From: an uncultured bacterium
Lineage (GTDB): Bacteria > Auribacterota > Erginobacteria > Erginobacterales > Erginobacteraceae
Assembly: GCA_963822585.1 (NCBI GenBank)
Contig: CAWGIE010000039.1
Span: 32,001 to 96,000, forward strand
Length of the DNA stretch: 64,000 bases
Direction of reading: 5' to 3'
Position 1 is the stretch's first letter. Every line of letters begins with the position of its first letter. Of this stretch, positions 52,204 to 61,557 are shown piece after piece. The position numbers and the translations under genes are program-made. Under the pieces are notes generated by a model that saw only the letters and a list, made by a program, of their open reading frames with translations, did no database searches and had not been told where the DNA came from.

Positions 52204-52266
52204 GATGCTCCATATCGTTACCCTTGTATTTTTCAATAACAGCACCAATGTAAAAGGACAAGTTCC

Positions 52267-53052
52267 ATGTACGTCATCAGCGAACGCATCAATGGGATGT
52301 TTAAAAAAGTGGGCCGGGCCATCGCCGAACGGGACGCCGAGACCATCCGGGCCATCGCCCGGCTCCAGGTCGAAGCGGGGGCGGACGCGCTTGATCTCAA
52401 CGTGGGGACCGCCGCCGATAACCGGGAAGAAACGATGGTCTGGCTGGCGGAGACCGTACGAAAAGAGACCGACGCGGTCCTCTGTCTGGACAATCCGAAG
52501 TTCGAGGTTATCAAAGCCGGGGGCGAGGCCTGCCGGGATAATTTTATTATCAACAGCACCACCGCCAGGGCCGCCGACCTGGATAAATTTCTCCCGCTCG
52601 CAGCAAAATACGGGGCAGGGATCATCGCCCTCACCCTTGACGAGCACGGTGTCCCCAATTCGGTCGACGGCAGGGTGGAGATCGCTGCCCGGATCCTGCT
52701 CGCCGCCCAGGAGGCGGGGGTCCCCCCCGGGCGCGTCTACCTCGACCCCATCACTCTTCCCATCAACGCGGCCCAGGACCAACCGAAAAAAATGCTGGAA
52801 GCCATCGCTCAGTTCAGGATTCTCACCGACCCGCCGCCCCATATCGTGATCGGACTCAGCAACCTTTCCCAGGGGGCAGGCGAGAAATCACTTCTGAACA
52901 GCGCCTTCCTGGCCATGGCCATGGGCGCCGGCCTGGATACGGCCATCCTTGACCCGGAGGATAAACTATTAATGGACATCATGATCACCGGGGAAGTTTT
53001 ATTAAATAATGTCATTTATAACGACGACTATCTCAAGGCCTGGCGGGCATAA
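52267..53052 (+). CDS. acsE: Methyltetrahydrofolate:corrinoid methyltransferase
   Basis: ISERINGMF, QVEAGADALDLNVG, IINST, GLSNLSQG, GLDTAILD. Confidence 0.93.
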   Translation: MYVISERINGMFKKVGRAIAERDAETIRAIARLQVEAGADALDLNVGTAADNREETMVWLAETVRKETDAVLCLDNPKFEVIKAGGEACRDNFIINSTTARAADLDKFLPLAAKYGAGIIALTLDEHGVPNSVDGRVEIAARILLAAQEAGVPPGRVYLDPITLPINAAQDQPKKMLEAIAQFRILTDPPPHIVIGLSNLSQGAGEKSLLNSAFLAMAMGAGLDTAILDPEDKLLMDIMITGEVLLNNVIYNDDYLKAWRA

Positions 53053-53304
53053 CAATTTTTTCCGGAAATGTAATTATACATTTGCTACCGAAAGCAAGCG
53101 ACAGTAATCAGGAGTAAAGACGGTAATCAGTAACCAGTAATCAGTAATCAGCAACTCTCATTCAATTATCCGCCCCGCCCCGACATGATCAATATCGGGG
53201 CGGGCGGACATTCGATCGTCTGTTTTTTAAGGGGGCGAGGTAGAGGGAATAAATCTTATTCAATCACATTCAATCGTCTGTTTTACAGGGGGGCGAGATA
53301 GAGT

Positions 53305-54195
53305 ATGGCGGAGATAATCAACGGCACAGAGATCGCGCGGGAGATCCGGGAGGAGATCAGGCGCGAGGTCGCGGCACTGAAAGAACGGACCGGTTCCGTC
53401 CCCGGACTGGCCGTCATCCTGGCGGGAGAGAACCCCGCTTCCGAAGTCTACGTGCGGATGAAGGAGAAAGCCTGCGAAAAGGCCGGGATCGCCTCCTTTC
53501 AATATCGGCTCCCCGGGGATGTTCCCCGTGAGGAACTACTGGAGCTGATCGGAAAGCTGAACCGGGACAAACAAGTGAACGGGATCCTGGTCCAGCTCCC
53601 CCTCCCCGACCGGATCGACGAAGCAGCCGTTCTGGAAACCGTTTTCCCCGAAAAAGACGTCGACGGTTTTCATCCCGTCAACGCGGGGAGGCTGCTCCGG
53701 GGAGAAGAAACCTTCGTCCCCTGCACGCCGCTGGGGATCGTGGAGCTTTTGAAAAGAAGCGGCCACCCTCCTGACGGGAAGCGGGTGGTGGTACTCGGGC
53801 GTTCCAATATCGTGGGCAAGCCCCTGGCCGCCCTCCTGCTCCAAAAGAAGGAGGGGGCCAACGCCACGGTGACCGTCTGCCATACCGGCACCAGGGATCT
53901 CGCCGCCGTTACCCGACAGGCGGAGATCCTGATCGTTTCCGCCGGGCGCGCCGGAACGATCACCGCCGACATGGTCTCGGAGGGGGCGGTGGTGATCGAC
54001 GTCGGCGTCAACGAAATCGGCCGAACTCCGGAGGGGAGAAGAATCCTGGCCGGAGATGTCGATTTCAGGGGGGTGGAGAAAAAAGCCCGGGCCATCACGC
54101 CGGTCCCGGGGGGGGTGGGACCGATGACGATCGCCATGCTGATGAAAAACACCCTCCACGCCTTTCGTCTGCAAAATAATTTATCGGAAGAATAG
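53305..54195 (+). CDS. folD: Methylenetetrahydrofolate dehydrogenase/cyclohydrolase
   Basis: YVRMK, GILVQLPLP, KDVDGFHP, PCTP.G, GRSNIVGKP, ITPVPGGVGPMT. Confidence 0.96.
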   Translation: MAEIINGTEIAREIREEIRREVAALKERTGSVPGLAVILAGENPASEVYVRMKEKACEKAGIASFQYRLPGDVPREELLELIGKLNRDKQVNGILVQLPLPDRIDEAAVLETVFPEKDVDGFHPVNAGRLLRGEETFVPCTPLGIVELLKRSGHPPDGKRVVVLGRSNIVGKPLAALLLQKKEGANATVTVCHTGTRDLAAVTRQAEILIVSAGRAGTITADMVSEGAVVIDVGVNEIGRTPEGRRILAGDVDFRGVEKKARAITPVPGGVGPMTIAMLMKNTLHAFRLQNNLSEE

Positions 54196-54267
54196 AGAGC
54201 TATTTTAATTAGCCTTGATAATGTCGGCATTGTTCAAAAATATAATTTTTCCGGAGGAAAAATTATA

Positions 54268-55362
54268 ATGAGGGTCTATATCGGGGCCACCCGGCAAAAT
54301 GACGGCAAGACCGTTGTCTCCCTGGGATTGATGCACGCCCTGTCCAAGCGGGTCAAAGCCATCGGCTACATCAAGCCCGTGGGGCAACAGTTCCTGAACA
54401 TCAAAGGAGAAATGATTGACAAAGATGTCGTTCTGATGCGGGACATCTATGACCTGAAGGACAAACTCTCCGATATGAGCCCGGTGGCTATACCACGGGG
54501 ATTCACGGAAGAGTATATCAATCACCCGGATAAAAAAAAGCTCAGGAACAAGGTCATCAAGAGCTTTAACAACGTTCGGCGGGGAAAAGACATCGTTCTG
54601 ATCGAAGGCACGGGACATTCCGGCGTGGGATCGGTCTTCGACCTCTCCAACGCCCGGGTGGCCAAGCTCTGCCGGGCCACGGTCATCATGGTCAGTCTGG
54701 GCGGCGTCGGACGTCCGATCGATGAGATTCTTCTCAACAAAGCGATGTTCGATCAGAAGGGGGTGACGCTGCTGGGGGTAATCATCAACAAGGTGCGCAA
54801 GGATAAATACGAAAAAATCAACACCCTGGTCAGGAAAAGTCTCCGGTCAAGAGGCATCCCGGTTCTGGGCGTTATTCCCTTCGATCCCGTGCTCTCCACC
54901 CCCACCATTGGGGAAATCCTGCGGGTGATCGGGGGAAAATTGCTCGCGGGGAAAGACCGCCTGGGGGTACAGGCCGGGAAATACGTCATCGGCGCAATGC
55001 CGGCGGCCGCCGCTTTCGATTACTTTGATCAGCGATACCTGCTTATTACACCGGGCAACCGGGAAGATATCATCCTGGCGGCGATCAGTCATTCCCTGGC
55101 TGACGACGCCACCGAAACCTACCTCACCGGCATCATTATTACCGGCGGCATCCTCCCCCACAAGAATATCCTCGACCTGGTCAAGAAGACCGGCTTCCCG
55201 CTGATGGCGGTCGATGACGATACCTATACCACCACCTCAAAGATCACCAACCTCAACTTCAAGATCAAGCCGGACGACGTGGAGAAAGTTCAGGAAATCC
55301 AGGCCCTGATAGAGCGGTATGTCGACACGGATAAGATCTTTAAACTTCTTCAACAGCAGTGA
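54268..55362 (+). CDS. BioD-like P-loop plus DRTGG protein (Pta N-terminal-like, no catalytic PTA domain)
   Basis: NDGKTVVSLGL, GYIKPVG, IEGTGH, ITPGNREDI, IIITGG; only 364 aa. Confidence 0.8.
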   Translation: MRVYIGATRQNDGKTVVSLGLMHALSKRVKAIGYIKPVGQQFLNIKGEMIDKDVVLMRDIYDLKDKLSDMSPVAIPRGFTEEYINHPDKKKLRNKVIKSFNNVRRGKDIVLIEGTGHSGVGSVFDLSNARVAKLCRATVIMVSLGGVGRPIDEILLNKAMFDQKGVTLLGVIINKVRKDKYEKINTLVRKSLRSRGIPVLGVIPFDPVLSTPTIGEILRVIGGKLLAGKDRLGVQAGKYVIGAMPAAAAFDYFDQRYLLITPGNREDIILAAISHSLADDATETYLTGIIITGGILPHKNILDLVKKTGFPLMAVDDDTYTTTSKITNLNFKIKPDDVEKVQEIQALIERYVDTDKIFKLLQQQ

Positions 55363-57694
55363 GCCCGGAAGTATCTTTCTCCGCGATGAGCCGGGCGAGC
55401 GTCTCGCCGAGCTGGAGCAGCTCCAGCGGCTTGCGCAGGAAGCCGTGGACATAGTCTTTCAGTTCCTGGATATCATCTTCCGGGAGACGCTTGCCGGTGA
55501 TAATCATAATACAGCTTTCCGGGGCCGCCTCCCGCATCTTCCGGGCCAGGTTGACCCCGGAGAGACCGGGCATCACATAGTCCAACAGAATAAGATCAAA
55601 CACCTGCTTCCGGCAGGAGAGCAAACCATCCTCCCCATTTGACACGGTCGTCACGTCCATCCCGTAGCCCGTTAAATATTTCTTGAAGATAATCAGCAGG
55701 TCCTCTTCGTCGTCAACGATCAGAATACGTTTTCCTTTCAAGGCCCGCAGCTGCAGTTTTTCGGCTTCCGCCTTGCCCGCTTTCCGCCGGGAGGCGGCTG
55801 AGGCTTTGGGCAGGAGGATGCTAAAGAATGTCCCCCGCCCCGGAGTGCTTTCAACGGTAATTTTTCCCTTGTGCTCCTCCACGATCTGGCGGGACACCCA
55901 GAGTCCGAGACCCAGACTGGGGATCCAGTCCTTCTCGCCCGAGACTTTGGTGGTGAAGAAAGGCTCGAAAATCCGGGAGATCTCATCCTCCGGGATCCCC
56001 ACCCCGGTGTCGGAAAACCGGATTTCCACCCCCTCATCCTTATTCTCCACCTGCACTGATATCGTCCCCTTCCCCGCCGGAGCCATGGCGTGATATGAGT
56101 TCATAATCAGGTTCACGAACACCTGCTCGAGTTGGGAGAAGTCGGCCAGGATCAACGCCGGATCCTTATAGAGTTTCCTGATCCTGATGTTGGTTAGTTT
56201 CAGTTCACGCTCATGCAGGGCAAGAGCTTCGTCGATGATCGCCGTCACGGAAACGGGTTTCAGGCGCAGCTTCTCAATCCGCCCGAAGGTGCCGAGACGC
56301 CGGATCATCGTTTTCGCCCGCTGGGTCAGACGAAGGATGGTCGAGATCGCTTTTTTTACCAGAACCCGGTCGCTGAGGTCATAACTGGCCAGTTCGGCGT
56401 TGCCGCTGATCCCCATGAGCACATTATTGAATTCGTGGGCAACGGCAAGGGACATCGTTCCCACCGTCTCCAGTTTCGACGATTCCCGCAATCTTTCTTC
56501 CGACCGCTTGAGATCGGTGATGTCACGCCCCAGGACCACCAGTCCTTTGCGGCGGCCGTCCGGGAAATAGAGCGGGACCTTGATCACATCCAGGACTCTG
56601 GACGGGCCGGCGGGACGGGGGATTACTTCTTGTTCCCGCGAAAGCGAACCGTTACACCAAGCTTTTTCATCCGTCTTCTCACAGGTGAGGAACGAATCGT
56701 GATAAAAAGTTTGTAACGCGGCCAGTTCGCTGTCCGTCTTACCCCGGTAATCCACGTCATTCAGCTCGAAGAGATTGATCGCCGCATCGTTGGCAAGCAG
56801 CCAGCGCCCTTCCCCGTCTTTAAAAAAGATGCAGTCCGGGGTGGTATTGATCAGTGTCCGCATCCTTTCCTCATTTTCATGGAGCGCGTCATATACCCGG
56901 CGGCGCTCGGTGATCTCGACAAAATTTCCCTGGAGGACCGGCCGCCCCTCATACTGAGTGAGGTTCGACCTGACTTCAACCCAACCGACCGCGCCGTTCT
57001 TCCTGATCGCCCGGCAGGTCCAGTACTCGGGGACGGGGAGGCCCGCCGCCCGCCGGGCTGACATTTCCTTCACTCGTTCCTTGTCTTCGGGGTGAATCAG
57101 CCGAAAAATATTCGTCCCGATCAGTTCCTGACAGGAATAACCGGAGATCTCCTCGAACCGGGGGTTGACATAGATAATGCTGCCATCGAGGGAAGCGATA
57201 TAAATCCCGGCCAGCGAGTGCTCGGTCAGGTACCGGTATTTCTCTTCCGATTCGGCCAGGCGCTTTTGCGCTTCGTAGCGCTCGCTGATGTCACGGGAGA
57301 TGCCGATATATCCGAAAACTTCACCATCCTGCCCATAGATGGTATTCTCGATCAGCTGTACCGGGAAGACGGTGGCGTCTTTTCGCCGGTTGAAAATCTC
57401 GCCAACCCAGAACCCGTTTCGAGCCTCCCGGGTAATCAAATCGGCCAGGTTGGGGGGATTCCCCTGGACTCCTTCAAAAAGTTCATATGATTTTTTTCCC
57501 AGGACCTCCTCCGGCCGATAGCCCTGGGTGGTGATGATCGCCTCATTGGCATAGATAATGTTATGGTCCGTGTCGGTGATGTATACCGCATCCTTGAGGC
57601 TGGCCAGAGCGCAGGAAAGAAGCCGCACCTGCTCTTCAACCGACCGGTTAGATATCCCGCCGCTACCGGGGCTGCCGTTATCCTTTCTTTTCAT
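55340..57694 (-). CDS. PAS-domain hybrid sensor histidine kinase with C-terminal receiver
   Basis: Three PAS domains; AHEFNN H-box, QVFVNL, DTGVGI, FEPFFTTK, GLGL; ILIVDDE...LLDYVMP...KP; probable start MKRKD at 57694. Confidence 0.92.
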   Translation of the reverse strand: MKRKDNGSPGSGGISNRSVEEQVRLLSCALASLKDAVYITDTDHNIIYANEAIITTQGYRPEEVLGKKSYELFEGVQGNPPNLADLITREARNGFWVGEIFNRRKDATVFPVQLIENTIYGQDGEVFGYIGISRDISERYEAQKRLAESEEKYRYLTEHSLAGIYIASLDGSIIYVNPRFEEISGYSCQELIGTNIFRLIHPEDKERVKEMSARRAAGLPVPEYWTCRAIRKNGAVGWVEVRSNLTQYEGRPVLQGNFVEITERRRVYDALHENEERMRTLINTTPDCIFFKDGEGRWLLANDAAINLFELNDVDYRGKTDSELAALQTFYHDSFLTCEKTDEKAWCNGSLSREQEVIPRPAGPSRVLDVIKVPLYFPDGRRKGLVVLGRDITDLKRSEERLRESSKLETVGTMSLAVAHEFNNVLMGISGNAELASYDLSDRVLVKKAISTILRLTQRAKTMIRRLGTFGRIEKLRLKPVSVTAIIDEALALHERELKLTNIRIRKLYKDPALILADFSQLEQVFVNLIMNSYHAMAPAGKGTISVQVENKDEGVEIRFSDTGVGIPEDEISRIFEPFFTTKVSGEKDWIPSLGLGLWVSRQIVEEHKGKITVESTPGRGTFFSILLPKASAASRRKAGKAEAEKLQLRALKGKRILIVDDEEDLLIIFKKYLTGYGMDVTTVSNGEDGLLSCRKQVFDLILLDYVMPGLSGVNLARKMREAAPESCIMIITGKRLPEDDIQELKDYVHGFLRKPLELLQLGETLARLIAEKDTSGLTAVEEV

Positions 57695-57729
57695 GTTATC
57701 CTGATTCCCAACCAAGAAACCATCCGATG

Positions 57730-58569
57730 TTATCTCCCGATCTTCGGCAGGTCTTGAGAGATGGAATACCACTTCTCATAAATATGATCATAGACATTGT
57801 CGGCATCCAGCTTTTCAAGAGCGGCGTTCAGTTCATCGGCCAGTTTCTGATTGGACTTGCTCACGCCGATCGCATAGTCCTGGTGATCGATCCCCTGTTC
57901 AACGATCTTGAACTTGTATCCCCGGTTAGCCACCGTCCACCGGAGAATCGGTTCGTCGATCAGGATTATCGCCACTTCCTGGTTTTTCAGTGCCCGGGCC
58001 AGCCGGTCCGGAGTAGCATAGGTTTTCCGGGTGGCCTTGAGATTTTTACGGGCCCATTCTTCCCCGGTGGATCTCTTCAATACGCCCACTGTCACCGCGG
58101 AAGTCAGGCCGTTTCTGAACGCCTGGCTATTCCAGTCGGCGGACTTGGGAGCGGCCACGGCCAGGCTGGTGCGAAAGTAGGGGATGGTGAAGATAAAGTA
58201 CTGTTCGCGGCCCGGGGTCATCGTCATGCTGGAGAGAACGGCATCCGCCCGGCCCGCCGCTAAGGCGCTGGCAAAAGCAGGGATATTGAAAGACTGCTTG
58301 ATCCATTCCACCGGACGCCCCATTACTTTACCCAGGGCTTCCCCCAGGTCGATCTCAAACCCGACATTCCGGTAATTGTCCACGAACGCGAACGGGGGGG
58401 TATCGAGATCGCTGATGAAACGCAGTACCGGCGCCGTCGGTTCTTTCTGTTCCGCCCCTTCCGCTAATGCCTGCTTCCCCTCCGGGGCCCCTTCAGGTTC
58501 AGCCGCTACTAATAGGGCCGGTATGATGACTGATGCCAGACAGGTCCAGGCTACCCATTTTCCATTCAT
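57730..58569 (-). CDS. Amino-acid ABC-type substrate-binding protein (SBP family 3)
   Basis: Signal peptide; PPFAF...GFEIDL, AL..GRAD...SSMTMTPGR...FTIPY; start at ATG 58569. Confidence 0.88.
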   Translation of the reverse strand: MNGKWVAWTCLASVIIPALLVAAEPEGAPEGKQALAEGAEQKEPTAPVLRFISDLDTPPFAFVDNYRNVGFEIDLGEALGKVMGRPVEWIKQSFNIPAFASALAAGRADAVLSSMTMTPGREQYFIFTIPYFRTSLAVAAPKSADWNSQAFRNGLTSAVTVGVLKRSTGEEWARKNLKATRKTYATPDRLARALKNQEVAIILIDEPILRWTVANRGYKFKIVEQGIDHQDYAIGVSKSNQKLADELNAALEKLDADNVYDHIYEKWYSISQDLPKIGR

Positions 58570-58877
58570 TATTACCCCCTTCACCCGATTCACTCACAAA
58601 TGAACTTAGCCCTCGCTTTGCTCGGGCGACTAAATAAAACTACGAATTACGCGAACCGTCCTGAGCGTAGCCGAAGGATTACACGAATTTTCTTTAAAAT
58701 ATCCCTGCACTGTCGGTTCAATGCTCGCACATTCTTATTTTTTCGTAGAAAAAATAAGATTATTGTGCGCCAGAGGCGCATCAGCCTCAGGCTGATAATT
58801 CCGAAACAGGAACTTAGCCCTCACGCAGTCTACCCCGATAGAATCGGGGTTCGGGCAATTTTTGAATCAAGACAAAA

Positions 58878-59672
58878 TCAATGCGGCGGCAGACTTCGTT
58901 TGGGACCGAACCATTGGTTGTAGATCTCGTCGTAGATCCCGGAAGAATCAAGTTCCTCCAGGGCCGCGTTAAGGGCCTCGAGGAGTTTCCGGTTCCCCTT
59001 TTTGACCGCGATCCCGTATTGTTCGTGGTTGAGGTCCCTCGATATAACCGCGAAATCATATGGATAGCGGGCGACGATGTAATTCAAAATCTCCTCATCA
59101 ATCAGGATGGCATTCAGATTTTTTTCCCACAAATTCCGGGCCATCTCCAGCGCCGAATCATAGGTGATCAGGGTGGCCCGAAGATTATCACGGGCCCATT
59201 TTTCCCCGGTGGTCCCTTTCATGACGCCTACCTTTGACCCTTCTAATTTCCTTTTCCGGAGCTGAACGATGACTGATTCCTTCAGTTTATTGAGAGCGGC
59301 AATGCCAAGAGTGGTGCGGAAGTAGGGATAGGTAAAATCAAACTCCATCTTCCTTTCCGGGGTGATGGACAGGGACGATAGAATGGCATCGGCTTTTCCG
59401 TTCTCCAGGGCAGCGGCATATGCTTTCAGGTCGAAAACCGCCGGAACCCATTCGACCGGAACGCCCATCACCCGGCCGATCTGGTTGCCGAGATCGATCT
59501 CGAAGCCGTTTAAGCCGGAATCGGTCTTGAAGGCGAAAGGGGGAAACGTGAAATCACCGATAAATCGAAGTTTGTTCTCCGTCGCGGTCTCCGCATGGCC
59601 GAGAGGTAGGATCACCGAAAAAAAGATCGCCGTATACAAACAGAGCAGAAGGGATACCTTTCTTTCCATCAT
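58878..59672 (-). CDS. Amino-acid ABC-type substrate-binding protein (SBP family 3), paralog
   Basis: FPPFAF...GFEIDL, SITPERK..FDFTYPY, YGIAVKKGN. Confidence 0.88.
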   Translation of the reverse strand: MMERKVSLLLCLYTAIFFSVILPLGHAETATENKLRFIGDFTFPPFAFKTDSGLNGFEIDLGNQIGRVMGVPVEWVPAVFDLKAYAAALENGKADAILSSLSITPERKMEFDFTYPYFRTTLGIAALNKLKESVIVQLRKRKLEGSKVGVMKGTTGEKWARDNLRATLITYDSALEMARNLWEKNLNAILIDEEILNYIVARYPYDFAVISRDLNHEQYGIAVKKGNRKLLEALNAALEELDSSGIYDEIYNQWFGPKRSLPPH

Positions 59673-59864
59673 ATCCTCCTTTAGAACCTAGCCCTCGCAC
59701 AGTCTACCCCGCCGCCGCCCCGAAGTTTTAATCGGGGTTTATCGGAGCTCGGGCAACGTTCTGAAGCGTCTAAAGTTCCCAGTGCCTGAAGTGAAAAATA
59801 CTCACCCCATTTATGCAATAAGTTGTTGTGTGACTGCTCCTTCATCCTTCGTCATTGTTCAAAA

Positions 59865-60860
59865 CTAACCCGATTGCTGGCTGTCTGCCGGCAGGTTGGC
59901 ATCAATCGGGTTAAAACAGATCTCCTGAAATTCACAGTACCGACAGAAATTGACATTATTATGCACGGGAAACGCCTCTTGTGCCAATGGAATATTTTGT
60001 TCCGGGTCTTTCAGATAGGCGGACATCGCCTCCATATCACCCCGGATGGCTTGTTCGGCCCGGCGGCAATCCTCTTCGTTGATCGGGAACTCCCGGGCCG
60101 TACCGGTCTTGAGATAGACCAGAACAGCCCATCGTTCCCTCTCCTCATCCTTCAGACGCTGGGCGCTCCAGAGACCGCCGGCGACCATCTGCAGCCGGTC
60201 TCCTTCACTCTCCTCCCCCGTCTTCCAGTCAACGATCAGGATCCGGTTTTTATCTCTGAGGACAAGGTCCGGAGCGGCAATCGCCCCATAAGGAGGAACA
60301 TCGAAGTATATCTCTTCGGAAAAGGATTCCCCGACCGGATCAAGCCAGAGAAAATCGGGACGATCCAAGGTGACCGCCAGTGTATAGAGAGATGACTTCC
60401 CCGCTTCGGCCACCGCCCGGAGGGCCTGGTCCGCGTACTCCCGCAAGCGTTCTTTCGAAGGAACCCGGTCATAATATATTTCAAAGAGAGGGGGGTATTT
60501 TTTCGGACTGCTTCTCCAGAGCTCCTTTTTGGCGTTGATCCAGACGGCGCGCATGATCTCCACCGCCCGTTCCGGGACCAGCTCCCGGAATTGGCCGTTC
60601 CTGATCCCCCGAAAATGCCCGGCCAGCACTTCATGCACCGCCGAACCGACTAGTGGCGCCATCGACGTCATTTTCCCCAGGCGATAGGCCAGGCGGGCAG
60701 CCTCCGGCGCGTCATCCCGCCAGCCGCCCCAGTGCCGGTAGTAGCGCAGGTAATATTTTCGTTTGCACTCCGCGAAGATTCCGGCCCGGCTCTTCGACCA
60801 GCGAAAGGGATTCTGGAATTCGCCGGAAGTACGGGGAGAGGCGAAGCTATGCTTGCTCAT
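59865..60860 (-). CDS. Stand-alone PD-(D/E)XK nuclease (AddB/Cas4-like, probable Fe-S Cys set)
   Basis: WS.S....ECKRKYY, GSAVHE, PDL...IVDWKTG, Q, C-terminal CRYCEFQEIC. Confidence 0.8.
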   Translation of the reverse strand: MSKHSFASPRTSGEFQNPFRWSKSRAGIFAECKRKYYLRYYRHWGGWRDDAPEAARLAYRLGKMTSMAPLVGSAVHEVLAGHFRGIRNGQFRELVPERAVEIMRAVWINAKKELWRSSPKKYPPLFEIYYDRVPSKERLREYADQALRAVAEAGKSSLYTLAVTLDRPDFLWLDPVGESFSEEIYFDVPPYGAIAAPDLVLRDKNRILIVDWKTGEESEGDRLQMVAGGLWSAQRLKDEERERWAVLVYLKTGTAREFPINEEDCRRAEQAIRGDMEAMSAYLKDPEQNIPLAQEAFPVHNNVNFCRYCEFQEICFNPIDANLPADSQQSG

Positions 60861-60864
60861 TTTT

Positions 60865-61506
60865 CTACGCCCTTCGTGGTTTCCGTAATGATCCGAGTGA
60901 GAAGAGGAGAAAACCGGCCCCCAAGAGCATAATCGCCAGAGCCGTTACCTTCAAGACGGTACCATACACTCCGGGGGTCATCCATTGGCGCCCGGTCGCG
61001 AGCACTACCGCTATGAAGAGATACCAGGCAAGGTCTCCCAGTTCATGCCCCGCAAAAAAGAGACCGTAATCCCGGAGACTTTTCAGTTTCAGGGCCGCTA
61101 CCTGACCGGTCCCCACGGTCGCCCACCAGCCCGTGAAGTACGGATTGGAGAGGGAGACGCCTATCCCCGCAAGAAACAGCTTTGACCGGGACATCATCGC
61201 GCCGGGGTCGCCGTTAAGCGCTCCTCCACCCGGCTGTAAGAGCCCCCAGCCCATCCAGAGAAGCACCAGGCCGCCGGCCATGCCAAATATTGTCCGGAAG
61301 GCCGGTTTAACCAGCAGATTCTTCATGCCCCCGGCCAGACCCAGGACCAGAAAAAACTCGAGAACGGCATGACCGAGCATGATATACACGGCCGCTTCGA
61401 TTCCCCGGGCCAACACCTGGGCGATCACCAGAGCCAGCACCGGCCCGGGGGTGACCGCACCGGTGAGCGCGAGAATGAAAGCGAGTCCAAAGGTGCGAAA
61501 CATCAT
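60865..61506 (-). CDS. LysE-family transporter
   Basis: GA.TPGP, GHA.LE, G..VSLSNPYF..WW; about 6 TM segments. Confidence 0.85.
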   Translation of the reverse strand: MMFRTFGLAFILALTGAVTPGPVLALVIAQVLARGIEAAVYIMLGHAVLEFFLVLGLAGGMKNLLVKPAFRTIFGMAGGLVLLWMGWGLLQPGGGALNGDPGAMMSRSKLFLAGIGVSLSNPYFTGWWATVGTGQVAALKLKSLRDYGLFFAGHELGDLAWYLFIAVVLATGRQWMTPGVYGTVLKVTALAIMLLGAGFLLFSLGSLRKPRRA

Positions 61507-61557
61507 ATTAATATTTTTGCGCTCCGCCCCGAAGTATTAATCGGGGGAGCAAAAATA

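Noticed and set aside
59865..60860. Cas4-like nuclease as part of a CRISPR or defence system
   Set aside because: No array, cas1/cas2, helicase or methylase nearby; it sits among housekeeping-type genes
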